Both the position numbers and the translations under genes were made by a program. A stretch of 64,000 nucleotides of DNA from a phage: sequence record OZ346158.1; one strand, given 5' to 3'. Within the stretch, counting starts at the first letter, position 1. Each line of letters opens with the position of its first letter. This document shows positions 1 through 10,118 of this stretch, one piece after another. The notes below the pieces were generated by a model. It did no database searches, had not been told where the DNA came from, and saw nothing but the letters and a program-made list of their open reading frames with translations.

Positions 1-1443
1 AATGGTTGGAAATGGTTAAAAGATAAGCTTGGCTATCCTGTAGACATGAGCGCTTTAGAATTCAAAGCCCCGCCTAAGCGAGCATTTACCTCCACAGGAG
101 ATGTCAGCAAGATGGGGATAAAATGGTGCGAAGAGATGGGCTGCAAAGACCCCGACAAGATGGCTGATTTCTTGAGAGGTTATATTAAGGGCACCTCCAC
201 ACCACAACCTTTACCTAAAGAGCTGATGGATCAGGCAATAAGTGATCTGCAGCAGAAGCGAATGCCTGACTGCAAGATACCTATGAAAATCAGCAATCAG
301 GACGACATTAAGCGATACCTGATCAGTGCTGGTTGGCTTCCGACAATGTGGAGAACTAAGGATGTAACTAAGGACAGCAAGAAGAAAGCTCTACCTGATG
401 CAGATGTTGATGCACGAGTATATGCATACATGGACGAGCTTTTAGAGTCAGAGTATTGTGACCTAATTATCAACTTCTGGAACAAAACTGATGCTAAGTT
501 TCAGACAACAGTGCACAAGTTCCGAAGCTTTCCTAACTCCGAAAGGATTAAAAAGGAAGTGTTCGGGAAAATACGCAGAAAAGCCAGGGCACTTATTACT
601 TCTCCGCAACTGAAAGATACGTTTGGACACCTATGTCCGAATCTTGAAAAATTGAACGGAGAGATGGCTAAAGATATCGTCTTGTGGTTATCATTGCGAA
701 ACCGCAGATCGGTCCTTGATCCAATCAAGGAGGATAAGGTTGATACTGGTCTTCTTAATCACCCACGTTTGAAGATTGACCATAAGCTTCCTGCTAAAAG
801 CTCTGGATTAACAAACACTTCCCGACAGAAACACAGTATTTGTGCAAACATGCCTAAACCATCTCCTAAAGTGGTTATGGGTAAAGAGATGCGTAGCTTG
901 TGGGGTGTTCCTCCTGGATACTTTGAGATCGGTATTGACGGGTCCAACTTAGAGCAGCTTATCGGGGCTTGGGGTGCCTTTGAGTTCGACAACGGCTTGT
1001 ACTATGATGTTGTAAGTAACGGGGACGCACACCAAAACAATGCTGAGGCATATACAAAAGTAGCAGGCAGAGAGGTGTCTCGTAACGACGGTAAACCTAT
1101 CACGTATGGGGTTATGTACGGGGCACAAAAAGATAAAGTTGCAGATATGCTGGATATCTCCCCAGAGTTGGGGCAAAGGGTGATCGATGCACTTTGGGAT
1201 GCCAACCCCGGTCTTAAGGGGCGCAAAGAGGATCTGGAGAAATTCTGGGAAGCAACGGGTAAGAAGTTTATCTACTCTTTTGATGGTCATGCCATCTGGA
1301 CCCGATCTAAACACTCTTTACTTAATGCATACCAACAGAATGGTGGTGCATCGCTGTGTGACTTGGTTGGGATACTTATGCACCACCAAATGGTGAAGCG
1401 TGGGTGGTACGATGAAGGTGTTCGTCGTATTATTTATTACCAT
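1..1443 (+). CDS. DNA polymerase family A, exon 1 (5'-partial; reading frame open to window start)
   Basis: Pol A motif A (IDGSNLEQL), motif B (R..SRNDGKPITYGVMYG); ORF ends ...RRIIYYH then K-stop exactly where motif C HDE is expected. Confidence 0.85.
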
Positions 1444-2285
1444 AAATAACATTGTGGCTTCGTGCAGTGATGCACGTCGAAAACCTCTTTAATTGACGGG
1501 AAGGCTAAGTTGACTTTTACACCTAAACATGGTAAAAGCTCAATATGCTAATCCGCAGCGAAGACTAAAGGGGTGTAGTTAAAATGGCTAGATCAGTTGA
1601 TTATCACGGATATACCGTGTTTGATGATGGAACAATACCTTTATCGAAACGTGATCATACAACAATGTTCTGTTTTGATAATGGTCGAGGTTACCTTTGC
1701 GTAACCATGTTCATCGAGGGGAAGCAGTGCACAAAAGGTGTCCACCACTTGGTTGCTGAATGCTTTGTATCAAACCCTGATCCTGAAAGGCTCACATGGG
1801 TGAACCATAAGGACGGAAACAAATACAACAATGCATACTGGAACCTTGAATGGACCACCCCTGGTGGAAATATCAAACACGCTTATGATAATGACCTCAG
1901 AGTAAGGCCAGTCGGTGAGTATAATGCCAACGCTGTACTGACCGAGGATGAGGTAACGGAGATTTGCGAACTGTTACAAAGTGGTTTACGACAATGCGAG
2001 ATTAGGGATCTTGGGTATCCTTATGAGACGGTCAGAGCCATAAAGCAAAGAAGACAGTGGAAACATATCTCTAAAAACTACACCTGGTAGTAACGTTCAG
2101 AGACTATCGAAAGCATAGCGCCAACATAAATTGGTGCGAAGAAGCGAGTAGAGTAGGCCAGCAAGTGCGGTCGAAATGGGAGGTGCCTTGGTAACAAGGT
2201 AGTGAGATAGTCCGATCCATACAGGAAACTGTATGGCTGTGCACGTAATGGTGCGGGGTAGCTTAACGACCTACCTGAACTATTG
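1444..2285 (+). mobile_element. Group I intron interrupting DNA polymerase at motif C
   Basis: Exon1 ends with U after CAT(His); downstream ORF begins DEYQLQV restoring HDE; P-like (aattgacgggaagg ~1489), Q-like (aatccgcagc ~1549), R-like (gttcagagacta ~2097), S-like (gagatagtcc ~2204) elements; terminal G at 2285. Confidence 0.75.
1584..2090 (+). CDS. HNH homing endonuclease, intron-encoded
   Basis: HNH motif VHHLVAECF...VNHKDGNKYNNAYWNLEW; located inside intron between Q and R elements. Confidence 0.85.
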   Translation: MARSVDYHGYTVFDDGTIPLSKRDHTTMFCFDNGRGYLCVTMFIEGKQCTKGVHHLVAECFVSNPDPERLTWVNHKDGNKYNNAYWNLEWTTPGGNIKHAYDNDLRVRPVGEYNANAVLTEDEVTEICELLQSGLRQCEIRDLGYPYETVRAIKQRRQWKHISKNYTW

Positions 2286-2639
2286 GATGAGTACCAACTT
2301 CAGGTCCCTGACACACCTAAGTATAAGACTGTGTACACCTTCGACACAATTGAAGAATTGGAAGCATTTAAGGCAGAGCAGGAGGCCAAACTTCATGTGT
2401 TCGACGGTCATAAGTACAAAAAGGCACGCAAGGATGAAAACGGAAACGAAGTGGTTGACAGAGACGGAAACACGGTGTACGATCCTATCCTGAACGATGA
2501 CGGAAAGCTTGAACTTATCTGGAGCCCTGTGGGTGAAATGGTGGTGCATTGCTTCTGGCAAGCTTCTAAAATGATGGGCGTTCCATTCCAGATCACAGGT
2601 GAATACTTGTGCGGTCGTAACTGGGGTGATTGTCACTAA
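2286..2639 (+). CDS. DNA polymerase family A, exon 2 (C-terminal, begins with DE of motif C)
   Basis: Translation DEYQLQV... in frame after intron 3' G; completes YYH|DE motif C. Confidence 0.8.
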   Translation, partial: DEYQLQVPDTPKYKTVYTFDTIEELEAFKAEQEAKLHVFDGHKYKKARKDENGNEVVDRDGNTVYDPILNDDGKLELIWSPVGEMVVHCFWQASKMMGVPFQITGEYLCGRNWGDCH

Positions 2640-2688
2640 TGTAAACTATCAGCACAGGGAGGTGCTGTTGAGCAAAGAGGAGACTTTT

Positions 2689-2973
2689 ATGGTAGTAGAG
2701 CCAACAAAAACATTTACATCCATGACCATTCCTGTTATTATGCAGGTGGAGTGTGTTCAGGTATCTCAAGTGTGGCCTGGCACCAAAATCCCAACAGGGC
2801 CTGATTTCTTTCAGGTTGGGAAAGTGTACAATGTCTGGAAGGCACCAGATTGTTACCCTTTCATTAAAGATGACCGTGGGATGCTGTGGTATCTTGGAAA
2901 TGACTTGACACTGCACCTTGGGAATGCTATTATTGCAGTATTCAGACTTAACAAGAAGGAGACCGATCAATGA
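2689..2973 (+). CDS. hypothetical protein
   Basis: ORF with SD aagaggag upstream of ATG; start codon choice uncertain. Confidence 0.5.
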   Translation: MVVEPTKTFTSMTIPVIMQVECVQVSQVWPGTKIPTGPDFFQVGKVYNVWKAPDCYPFIKDDRGMLWYLGNDLTLHLGNAIIAVFRLNKKETDQ

Positions 2974-3197
2974 CGACTTTGGTTAAAGCTACCTTTGTAG
3001 AAGAAAAGATGACAGACCTGTCATTCTTTAAAGAAGGAAAGACCTACGAGGTTTATTACGATAAAGCTCGTGCAAACAAAATGATTAAAGACGAGGAAGG
3101 GGTTGCCTGGTATATCTCTCACCTGGCAAACGGTGAGTATCATATCTACGGAACCACTTTGCTTGCCAAGTTTGTAGTTGTTGAAGAGGACCTATGA
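2970..3197 (+). CDS. hypothetical protein
   Basis: ORF, ATGA stop-start overlap with upstream gene. Confidence 0.55.
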   Translation: MTTLVKATFVEEKMTDLSFFKEGKTYEVYYDKARANKMIKDEEGVAWYISHLANGEYHIYGTTLLAKFVVVEEDL

Positions 3198-3388
3198 AAG
3201 TAAAGTATCTTGCTGAAGGTATGAATAGGTATTTTACCCTTGGTGAAGAATATTGGCCCTTTACAAACAACGGTGATGTCTACGTGAAAGATAATTTCGG
3301 CACGCCGTGGTTTCTGCACTCTAATGGGCTGGGATACTCCATTTACTGCGGTGCAGTGAACAACACAACTCTTGCAGAGTTCGTTTAG
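3194..3388 (+). CDS. hypothetical protein
   Basis: ORF with overlapping stop-start coupling. Confidence 0.5.
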   Translation: MKVKYLAEGMNRYFTLGEEYWPFTNNGDVYVKDNFGTPWFLHSNGLGYSIYCGAVNNTTLAEFV

Positions 3389-3398
3389 AGGAGGTAGG

Positions 3399-3770
3399 AT
3401 GTTAGTAAAAGGTACCCATACAGTCAAACAACGTATTGAAGTTGAGATTGATGATTGTGAGCTGAAGCATATTTTACGGTCATGCTCCAACGTTTTGCTC
3501 CTTAGTATTCTCCAGGAGCGAGCGGAGAACGAGTTCTTAAATGCACTGGCAGGCCGCCCTGGTGATTTCTGTGTGCGTAAGCGTGGTGACAACAAGTCAT
3601 GGCTGTGGGAGATAGACGCAGAATGGGATTACCATAAAAATGAGGGTATAGATGAACCTATTCGTGAATTGACGGACAACGAGGTTCAGATGTACAATGA
3701 AGTTTGTCAGTGGGCAAAAAGTCAACAAACTTATCTTGATCCTTGGTGGATGATCGAAAATAGTCGTTGA
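3399..3770 (+). CDS. hypothetical protein
   Basis: ORF with SD agaggaggtagg before ATG. Confidence 0.55.
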   Translation: MLVKGTHTVKQRIEVEIDDCELKHILRSCSNVLLLSILQERAENEFLNALAGRPGDFCVRKRGDNKSWLWEIDAEWDYHKNEGIDEPIRELTDNEVQMYNEVCQWAKSQQTYLDPWWMIENSR

Positions 3771-3795
3771 CAGGAAGTAAGATTAGATATAAGAT
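3767..3795 (+). promoter_or_regulatory. sigma70-like promoter TTGACA-N17-TAAGAT
   Basis: Hexamer match read directly. Confidence 0.45.
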
Positions 3796-3846
3796 GCTTC
3801 ACACAAACAGAGCGTTGATTGTTTAACACTTAAGGAGACCGCTAAG

Positions 3847-4101
3847 ATGAAAATTACTCTGAAGCCAGAATGCGTTGAAAATGACCGAGCTTTTAAAGAT
3901 TGCACAATCGGTGCAATTTATGAAGCAGAGTTTTGTGAGAACCCTTTGGTAAAAGCCCTTCTGGAAGAAGGGGCCCCTTTATCACAAGAAGAGATCGATG
4001 AGCTGGAAAACTCAGCACAGTGCCTTACCTTTAAAGATGATGAAGGAGACTCTGTCTGGTGCACTGTTAATGAAGTCGTTTTTGTAAAACCTGAACATTA
4101 A
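3847..4101 (+). CDS. hypothetical protein (paralog of 4165-4437)
   Basis: Shares D(R/S)AF(K/R)DCT and KDD(E/Q)GD motifs with next gene. Confidence 0.55.
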   Translation: MKITLKPECVENDRAFKDCTIGAIYEAEFCENPLVKALLEEGAPLSQEEIDELENSAQCLTFKDDEGDSVWCTVNEVVFVKPEH

Positions 4102-4104
4102 TAC

Positions 4105-4133
4105 TTGACAACAGCGATAGGACCTAATACAAT
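4105..4133 (+). promoter_or_regulatory. sigma70-like promoter TTGACA-N17-TACAAT
   Basis: Hexamers and spacing read directly. Confidence 0.5.
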
Positions 4134-4164
4134 GGTCCTATCAAAACGAAAGGGGACCACAACA

Positions 4165-4437
4165 ATGACCAAACAATACCAACGAATTAAAGCCAAGGTT
4201 AAGCCAGACTATCTGGAGAAGGACTCTGCTTTTCGGGACTGCACAGCTGACAAAGTTTACACAGGGGCCGTCCTGCTGAACGATGAACTTGAAGTAGATA
4301 TTCTTGGTAAAGAGGCCACTATTAAGGACGACCAAGGCGATTATGTTTGCTGCACCACACGTGAGCTAGAAATCTTAGAATACTTCGGTGAAATCTTCAC
4401 CTCTCTTGATGATTACTTAGATGATGAGGAAGCGTGA
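4165..4437 (+). CDS. hypothetical protein (paralog of 3847-4101)
   Basis: SD aaagggga before ATG; motif similarity to upstream gene. Confidence 0.55.
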   Translation: MTKQYQRIKAKVKPDYLEKDSAFRDCTADKVYTGAVLLNDELEVDILGKEATIKDDQGDYVCCTTRELEILEYFGEIFTSLDDYLDDEEA

Positions 4438-4826
4438 TGAAAAATATTTGGGATATCGATATCTTTGAAGCCTCTAAGCTTGATGGTGCTGATGGAGTGA
4501 TTATGGTGTCTGATGGCAAGGCAACACTAACTTCTGGGGATATCATCTATGCCTTGGACGAGCTGGCGCTTCTGAAATCTACCGGTAACACTTTAGAGGA
4601 GCGTCTTCAAGGCTTCGCCTTCAAAGAAGGCACAAATACCGCCATGATGTGCACCACACGGACAGTTCAAGTTGGTAACGGTGTCTATATGATCATTGCT
4701 GTGTGTCCTAAATTCAGCAACGTCAACAAAGATGATGCTGACGCTGTCAACGATGTGGTTGTTCTCTTCGTGGGTGACGCTATGGCAGATCTGATGAATG
4801 CAGGAGAAGCAGCAAATGAAGACTGA
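4434..4826 (+). CDS. hypothetical protein
   Basis: ORF with ATGA overlap. Confidence 0.55.
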   Translation: MMKNIWDIDIFEASKLDGADGVIMVSDGKATLTSGDIIYALDELALLKSTGNTLEERLQGFAFKEGTNTAMMCTTRTVQVGNGVYMIIAVCPKFSNVNKDDADAVNDVVVLFVGDAMADLMNAGEAANED

Positions 4827-5118
4827 AAACATCACCCCCGCAGGGTTCTTAAAAGTATACCGTGAACTGCTATATACTACAGAGGACAGTGTTCTAGAGT
4901 ATCCAGAATATCTTTTGCTGTATAAGTATCTGCAGGAGGCTGGTGAAAATCTGCCAGTTAGTGCAGAAGGTGGTCCGAACTGGATATACAGCGCATGGAG
5001 AAAGGTTGACATTCTCCCCGACCCAGGTAAAGATATGGTAGTTTGGCAGCTTATTAACAACATCGGGATTCCAATCTTTGATGAAGCTGTTAAAATCTAT
5101 TTTGAACTTGACGATTAA
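4816..5118 (+). CDS. hypothetical protein
   Basis: ORF with SD gcaggagaag. Confidence 0.5.
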   Translation: MKTENITPAGFLKVYRELLYTTEDSVLEYPEYLLLYKYLQEAGENLPVSAEGGPNWIYSAWRKVDILPDPGKDMVVWQLINNIGIPIFDEAVKIYFELDD

Positions 5119-5135
5119 TATCAGGAGACCTTAAG

Positions 5136-5381
5136 ATGACTGAAGTAGTTGCTCGCGCAGGACAGAAAGTACGTTGTGTTGAAGTAGGTTTTGGTGGCAA
5201 AGGGTGTCAAAACTTGACTCAAGGTAAGGAATACGCTGTTATTTCTGGTGGTGGCGACGAAAGTATTGTGTTCGAGGGCCACATCCTGGATGCTGAAAAC
5301 TTTGAAATCTTTGACGACGATGGGGATCCGATCACCTGCCTGCTGGACGGGAATTGGGGAACTTTCGAAGTGATTGGCTAA
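5136..5381 (+). CDS. hypothetical protein
   Basis: ORF with SD caggagacc. Confidence 0.55.
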   Translation: MTEVVARAGQKVRCVEVGFGGKGCQNLTQGKEYAVISGGGDESIVFEGHILDAENFEIFDDDGDPITCLLDGNWGTFEVIG

Positions 5382-5464
5382 CAAATACCTATTGTAATTT
5401 ACAGAAGGGGATGCTAAAATAGTGTCTCCTTCTATGTTGTTCAAATAAAATCGGAGATTCCATA

Positions 5465-5830
5465 ATGGAACAAATGAACGATCAAGCGTCGGTTGCGATG
5501 AACGAGCAAGAACAACCTCAAGAATTTTTCTTAGGGTTAAGTAAAGATCAAGTGTCTCTTTTGCTAGTGCTTTCTTCTTTCATGGGAAGACTTCAGGAGC
5601 TCACACAACAACCGGAGGCTGAACAATTATTTCAGGCTCTGCGTGAAGAAGAAAAATATCGTCGTTTGGACTATGCCTTAGGTTGGGTAGCTCAACAACG
5701 AGATATGCTGATGGCCCTCTCTGGGACCACAAGTTTTGCAATGGGCCTGTTGGCTCAAGTTCAGGACAAATTAATTCAAGCAGGGTTTGCACACACGGCA
5801 AACACTAACGAAGAACAAGGAGACAAATAA
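5465..5830 (+). CDS. hypothetical protein
   Basis: ORF with SD aatcggagatt. Confidence 0.55.
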   Translation: MEQMNDQASVAMNEQEQPQEFFLGLSKDQVSLLLVLSSFMGRLQELTQQPEAEQLFQALREEEKYRRLDYALGWVAQQRDMLMALSGTTSFAMGLLAQVQDKLIQAGFAHTANTNEEQGDK

Positions 5831-7101
5831 TGAGCGTTATTCAACAATTCGCTAACCCGATGAATCCGCGTGAAACTGTTTTACTGGCTCACGGCATGAT
5901 TAAACGCGTCAGCATCAAGCCTATCAAAGGTGCTGATCCTACAACAGGTATTAAAACCACTGTGTGGCAAGGTAAGAAAATTGAGTCCAGCCACACCATC
6001 TCTTTACTGATTTCTGAACTGGATTCCTCTGATAACCTGCTTCAAGGTGGTGAAGAAGTCTGGATCAGCATGGGTGATAAACTGCTTAAACCGGGTCATC
6101 AAGACTCTGTCTCTGTTAAGATTGATGACAAGTGGGAAACCGTAACGCCAGGATGGATCGTAAATATCCCTTTGAAGGCAAACGAGCATAACGGTAAGAC
6201 CTACTACAAGGGCTCACTGGCTAAGATGGTTAAGCTGGGTGCAGGGGAGGCTCCAGCAGCGACTCAGCAGCAAAAACAGCAACAAGGTGCACAATCACAA
6301 GGCCAGAAGCAGAAACCTCAGCAGAATGCCAATCAGGACGTTTTACGCATCTATGGCGATGTGACTCAGATTGTTGGCAACGTGGTTACTGTTAATGACC
6401 ACAAGATTGGCGAAGGTGCTATGGTTGTCACTGATGAGCAGCTTAAAGACCTGGTGGTAGGTGGTCGTGTTGCAGCCATTGTTGACAAAGACACCGGAAA
6501 CATTATCAGTGGTTTCAAAGCCTACCCACCTAAGGCAGAGAACGGCACTCAAGGCTCTGGTGGCAAGCGTAAATCCTCTTACGACCCTATTGGTGTGGAG
6601 ACGGGACATAGCATCAATGCGTTGCAAATCATCCTGGATCGCGGGTTTAAGGTAGACGACCCACTAGGTGTGGCTAAAACACTGCACGTAGTCACCATTG
6701 AGCTTAAGAAAGAGTATGCTCAAGCCACCAACCGAACTGAAGATGAAGTAGGTGCCAGTGTCGGTAATGCGGTGTTGAACGCTTGTCGCCGTATTGACAA
6801 GAAAACGAAAGTTGATGATTTTGCAGCGGCAATTACTGCAGAAGCAAAAGATGTCTTGACTAATCTGGCTGAGCCGTTGTACGATTGGATCAAGAACGGT
6901 GCTGGGTCCACTGACCATCAAGAACCTCAAGCTGCCAAACAGGAAGCTGCTTCACAGCAAAATACTGTAGACGCTCCTCCTGTAAATGACGAGGAAGATG
7001 ACCCAATGGATCAGAATCCAGCACAGTATGACTTCTGTGATGACATACCTTTCGCTCCGGTGGGTTTGCAATATGGCAAAAGTAGAATCCACGCATTGTA
7101 A
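5830..7101 (+). CDS. putative DNA-binding protein with SSB-type acidic tail motif (DDIPF) and Gln-rich linker
   Basis: Near C-terminus ...YDFCDDIPF as in bacterial SSB tails, but followed by 15 extra residues that overlap the next gene. Confidence 0.45.
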   Translation: MSVIQQFANPMNPRETVLLAHGMIKRVSIKPIKGADPTTGIKTTVWQGKKIESSHTISLLISELDSSDNLLQGGEEVWISMGDKLLKPGHQDSVSVKIDDKWETVTPGWIVNIPLKANEHNGKTYYKGSLAKMVKLGAGEAPAATQQQKQQQGAQSQGQKQKPQQNANQDVLRIYGDVTQIVGNVVTVNDHKIGEGAMVVTDEQLKDLVVGGRVAAIVDKDTGNIISGFKAYPPKAENGTQGSGGKRKSSYDPIGVETGHSINALQIILDRGFKVDDPLGVAKTLHVVTIELKKEYAQATNRTEDEVGASVGNAVLNACRRIDKKTKVDDFAAAITAEAKDVLTNLAEPLYDWIKNGAGSTDHQEPQAAKQEAASQQNTVDAPPVNDEEDDPMDQNPAQYDFCDDIPFAPVGLQYGKSRIHAL

Positions 7102-7696
7102 GAGGTGCATCAAGTGTGGAGAGGTGAAAAACCTCTCCGAGTTCTACAAACATCCAAAGATGTCTGACGGTCATCTTAATAAGTGCAAAGAGTGTTGCAA
7201 GAAGGCCAGCAGGGAGGCTGACCAATTTTCCCACGACTCTTCAGAAAAAGGTGTGATCCGCGTGTTGTACAAGACTCAAAAGTGCAACAGTAAGAAGAGA
7301 GGTCACCCACCTCCGACTTACACCAAAAAAGAGTTTAAGGAGTGGCTATACCTAAACGGTTACAAAGAGTTGTATGATCAATGGGTAGCCAGCGGATACG
7401 ACAAAAGGAAAAAGCCTTCTTGTGACAGGATAGATGATTTCAAAGGGTACTCTTTTGATAATATCCGTTTAACGACTTGGGGAGAAAATAAAGACAAGCA
7501 GACAGAGGATATTCTGTTACATAGAAGCACCAGCGGTAGACGGTGCAAAAATGTAAGGAGGTTGGACATGAATGGTAACGTTCTTAAAGAATGGGTATCC
7601 CACAATTCTTGCCGAAGAGAAACAGGGATATGTGTTGATTACTACATTCATGAAAAAATTCCAGCTCCCGATGGATACCTCTATGAATACTTCTAA
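7070..7696 (+). CDS. HNH endonuclease with CxxC zinc finger (free-standing)
   Basis: [10 protein letters not shown]...CKECC plus [25 protein letters not shown] core. Confidence 0.75.
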   Translation, partial: NMAKVESTHCKRCIKCGEVKNLSEFYKHPKMSDGHLNKCKECCKKASREADQFSHDSSEKGVIRVLYKTQKCNSKKRGHPPPTYTKKEFKEWLYLNGYKELYDQWVASGYDKRKKPSCDRIDDFKGYSFDNIRLTTWGENKDKQTEDILLHRSTSGRRCKNVRRLDMNGNVLKEWVSHNSCRRETGICVDYYIHEKIPAPDGYLYEYF

Positions 7697-7711
7697 CATC
7701 TAGTTAACATA

Positions 7712-7739
7712 GCCCTGCCCGAAAGGGTGGGGCATTTTT
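7712..7739 (+). terminator. putative intrinsic terminator
   Basis: GC hairpin cccgaaaggg followed by TTTTT. Confidence 0.45.
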
Positions 7740-7758
7740 GTATAAGGAGATCTGAAAA

Positions 7759-8175
7759 ATGACATTAGAAGATATCATTGTTAAGCCTGAGAACTATGAC
7801 CAATACAACCTGTCAACTCAATCTGTAGACCTTGGATGCGCCACGGTCAGTGCGTGGCTGGTTAACGGAAAAGAGCTGGATAAATGCTTAGAAGCTCACA
7901 TGTCTATTAACAAGTTTCTGGATGAAAATACTCACTGGCTTGAGGGTGCAGGCGTATATGCTTCATGGTTGGAGAGTATGGGATTCGACTACCAATCTGA
8001 AGAGGGGTGGTGGAGCTATTTAGCTATCTGCCCAGAGACGCTGCAATGCTTCATGAAATATTCTGAAGATTTAGAGTATCGCGCTGTGGTTGACAGTGCT
8101 ATTGCCCGTTATAGCCGTAAACCTTTTTCCCACGACATTAAAACTGTGGAAGAGTTTGTTGAAGTTTTCTGTTGA
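7759..8175 (+). CDS. hypothetical protein
   Basis: ORF with SD aaggagatc. Confidence 0.55.
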   Translation: MTLEDIIVKPENYDQYNLSTQSVDLGCATVSAWLVNGKELDKCLEAHMSINKFLDENTHWLEGAGVYASWLESMGFDYQSEEGWWSYLAICPETLQCFMKYSEDLEYRAVVDSAIARYSRKPFSHDIKTVEEFVEVFC

Positions 8176-8270
8176 CACAGGTTGAAAGGTGTGCAATTAT
8201 AACTTCATAGACGGGAGGACGTGATGAACGAAGAAAACTGGGATGTATAACTAACAGGAGGCCACTGCCC

Positions 8271-8468
8271 ATGATTTATCGAATCCGTGTAAGAGAAGAT
8301 GCACCAGGCTGTTACTTTGACTGGCGTGGGTGGTGGTTTCTCCACCCGATGGATGGACTCACAGATAGAATGCTGGATGCTGCCCTTTATACAGATACCG
8401 ACATAGAATATAATCTCTATCTGAAGGACGGTATAGATAACGGTCTATTTGAAGCAATTCCTGTGTAA
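8271..8468 (+). CDS. hypothetical protein
   Basis: ORF with SD caggaggcc. Confidence 0.5.
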   Translation: MIYRIRVREDAPGCYFDWRGWWFLHPMDGLTDRMLDAALYTDTDIEYNLYLKDGIDNGLFEAIPV

Positions 8469-8536
8469 GAGACTGTGATAGCCATGTTTTATGATCTTCC
8501 TGTAGCACCACCACCTGTTGAACCCGGAGAACTAAG

Positions 8537-8962
8537 ATGATCTATGAAATGCCAAAACTGATTCGTGATGATGCCCAAAACGCTCACACCATTATTATGG
8601 GCAAACGTATGGATATTATTTGTCATAAAGATTTCTGGGAAGGAAGTTACTTCACAGAGTATTTTGGTAAACTGGACAATGGTCTGCTGATCCAGTTCTA
8701 CACCGATGCGGAAAACAACATTCACTGGGAGTTCGAAACTGAAGATATCCATAAACTTTTCACCTTCCTCGGTATTAAGGTCGAGGCCAAGTTTGAAGAA
8801 GGTGAGTGCGACGATTGTGGATTCTATGAGGTAACAGATTTCTACCTTCCAAGTGGTAAAAATCTCTACTACGAAAGCCACTTCGGCAACTCAAATATGC
8901 CACAGGGTTGGGATGAGTTTTTGGAAATTGCAGAAGAGGAGCTGGAATACCGTGATTATTGA
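8537..8962 (+). CDS. hypothetical protein
   Basis: ORF with SD cggagaact. Confidence 0.55.
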   Translation: MIYEMPKLIRDDAQNAHTIIMGKRMDIICHKDFWEGSYFTEYFGKLDNGLLIQFYTDAENNIHWEFETEDIHKLFTFLGIKVEAKFEEGECDDCGFYEVTDFYLPSGKNLYYESHFGNSNMPQGWDEFLEIAEEELEYRDY

Positions 8963-9410
8963 TACTGTAAAGGGAGATCTAATCTCCATTTTCAAGAAAG
9001 GGTCAGGCCACATGATCCACGGTTGTAACTGCTTTCACACAATGGGTGCAGGTATAGCGAAAGATATTGCCCGTGAGTTCCCTCAAGCACTGGCAGCCGA
9101 CAAAGAGACTGCTTATGGTAATCTAGACAAGCTGGGTATGTTTTCTTGTTGGGAGCATTTTGCCAAGGCCAGGGTCGTATATGGAATCAACCTGTATACC
9201 CAGTTCTACCCAGGGCCCAATGCTGAATACTTCTCAATCATGAAAGGTTTTGAGCGAGTCAACGAGGTATTCAAAGGTATGTCATTGCCGTTCTACATTC
9301 CTAAAATCGGATGCGGTATTGGAGGTCTAAAGTGGAAACATGTAGAAGATGTAATTAATCTTGCAACCACAGATATTGATGTGGTTGTAGTAGAGTACAA
9401 AAAGTGTTGA
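8952..9410 (+). CDS. macro domain protein (ADP-ribose binding / ADP-ribosyl hydrolase-like)
   Basis: HGCNCFHTMGAGIAKDI resembles macrodomain N-A-N...G-G-G-V motif; about 150 aa; start codon (GTG 8952 or internal ATG) uncertain. Confidence 0.6.
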   Translation: MIIDTVKGDLISIFKKGSGHMIHGCNCFHTMGAGIAKDIAREFPQALAADKETAYGNLDKLGMFSCWEHFAKARVVYGINLYTQFYPGPNAEYFSIMKGFERVNEVFKGMSLPFYIPKIGCGIGGLKWKHVEDVINLATTDIDVVVVEYKKC

Positions 9411-9661
9411 CGACCATCTTCTGAGGTGATATAGTTTCCACAACAACTAAGAGAGGAGAGCACTGTGGAGACTAAAATCTTAATTCTTGCTGTGGTAGAT
9501 ACAACCGAAGGAGCTATATTCGAATCTGCAGGAGGGTATTTCTACCTACCATACGGAAAAAGAACTTCCGAGCCAAGTAAAGATTCAATCCTCAAAGTGT
9601 TCCCGTGTGCTTTCTGGCTGGAGATTTTGGTATAAGATTGCAGATGATTTGGGAGAGAATT

Positions 9662-9856
9662 ATGAGAAACAAGAAAGAACTTTACTCTGGTGAGTGGATC
9701 AACGATCAACAGGTGGGAGAGGTAACCTGCTTCCGATGTTTTACCAGGTACAATCTTAAAACTGCACCAAAAAGTGTTCCAAAGACTGATGGTTATTATA
9801 TAAAAGAACCTCATTGCCCAAAATGTAAATGCCGATTGTACTGGAGCAATCTGTAA
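9662..9856 (+). CDS. small zinc-ribbon protein
   Basis: CFRCF...CPKCKC cysteine pairs. Confidence 0.45.
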   Translation: MRNKKELYSGEWINDQQVGEVTCFRCFTRYNLKTAPKSVPKTDGYYIKEPHCPKCKCRLYWSNL

Positions 9857-9860
9857 GAGG

Positions 9861-9888
9861 TTGACATCTGAAAACTGCAGTGTATAAT
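9861..9888 (+). promoter_or_regulatory. sigma70-like promoter TTGACA-N16-TATAAT
   Basis: Consensus hexamers read directly. Confidence 0.6.
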
Positions 9889-9919
9889 ATACGCATAAAC
9901 TAACAGAGAGCGATGTATT

Positions 9920-10111
9920 ATGGTAATTTTTAACCGAGATGGTATCATAGTTAGACAGCACCCGTTCCTTGAATACTATCAAATTGAGCAATGGTGCTAC
10001 GGGGATTGCAGTCACTCCTATGGGCAAAGTTGGGGATACCGTACAGTTTTTGAATCCACAGACCTTGACAAAGTAAGACAGAAAGTTTTAGAACTTATTA
10101 ACAACAAGTGA
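9920..10111 (+). CDS. hypothetical protein
   Basis: ORF downstream of promoter. Confidence 0.45.
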   Translation: MVIFNRDGIIVRQHPFLEYYQIEQWCYGDCSHSYGQSWGYRTVFESTDLDKVRQKVLELINNK

Positions 10112-10118
10112 GTATGAT

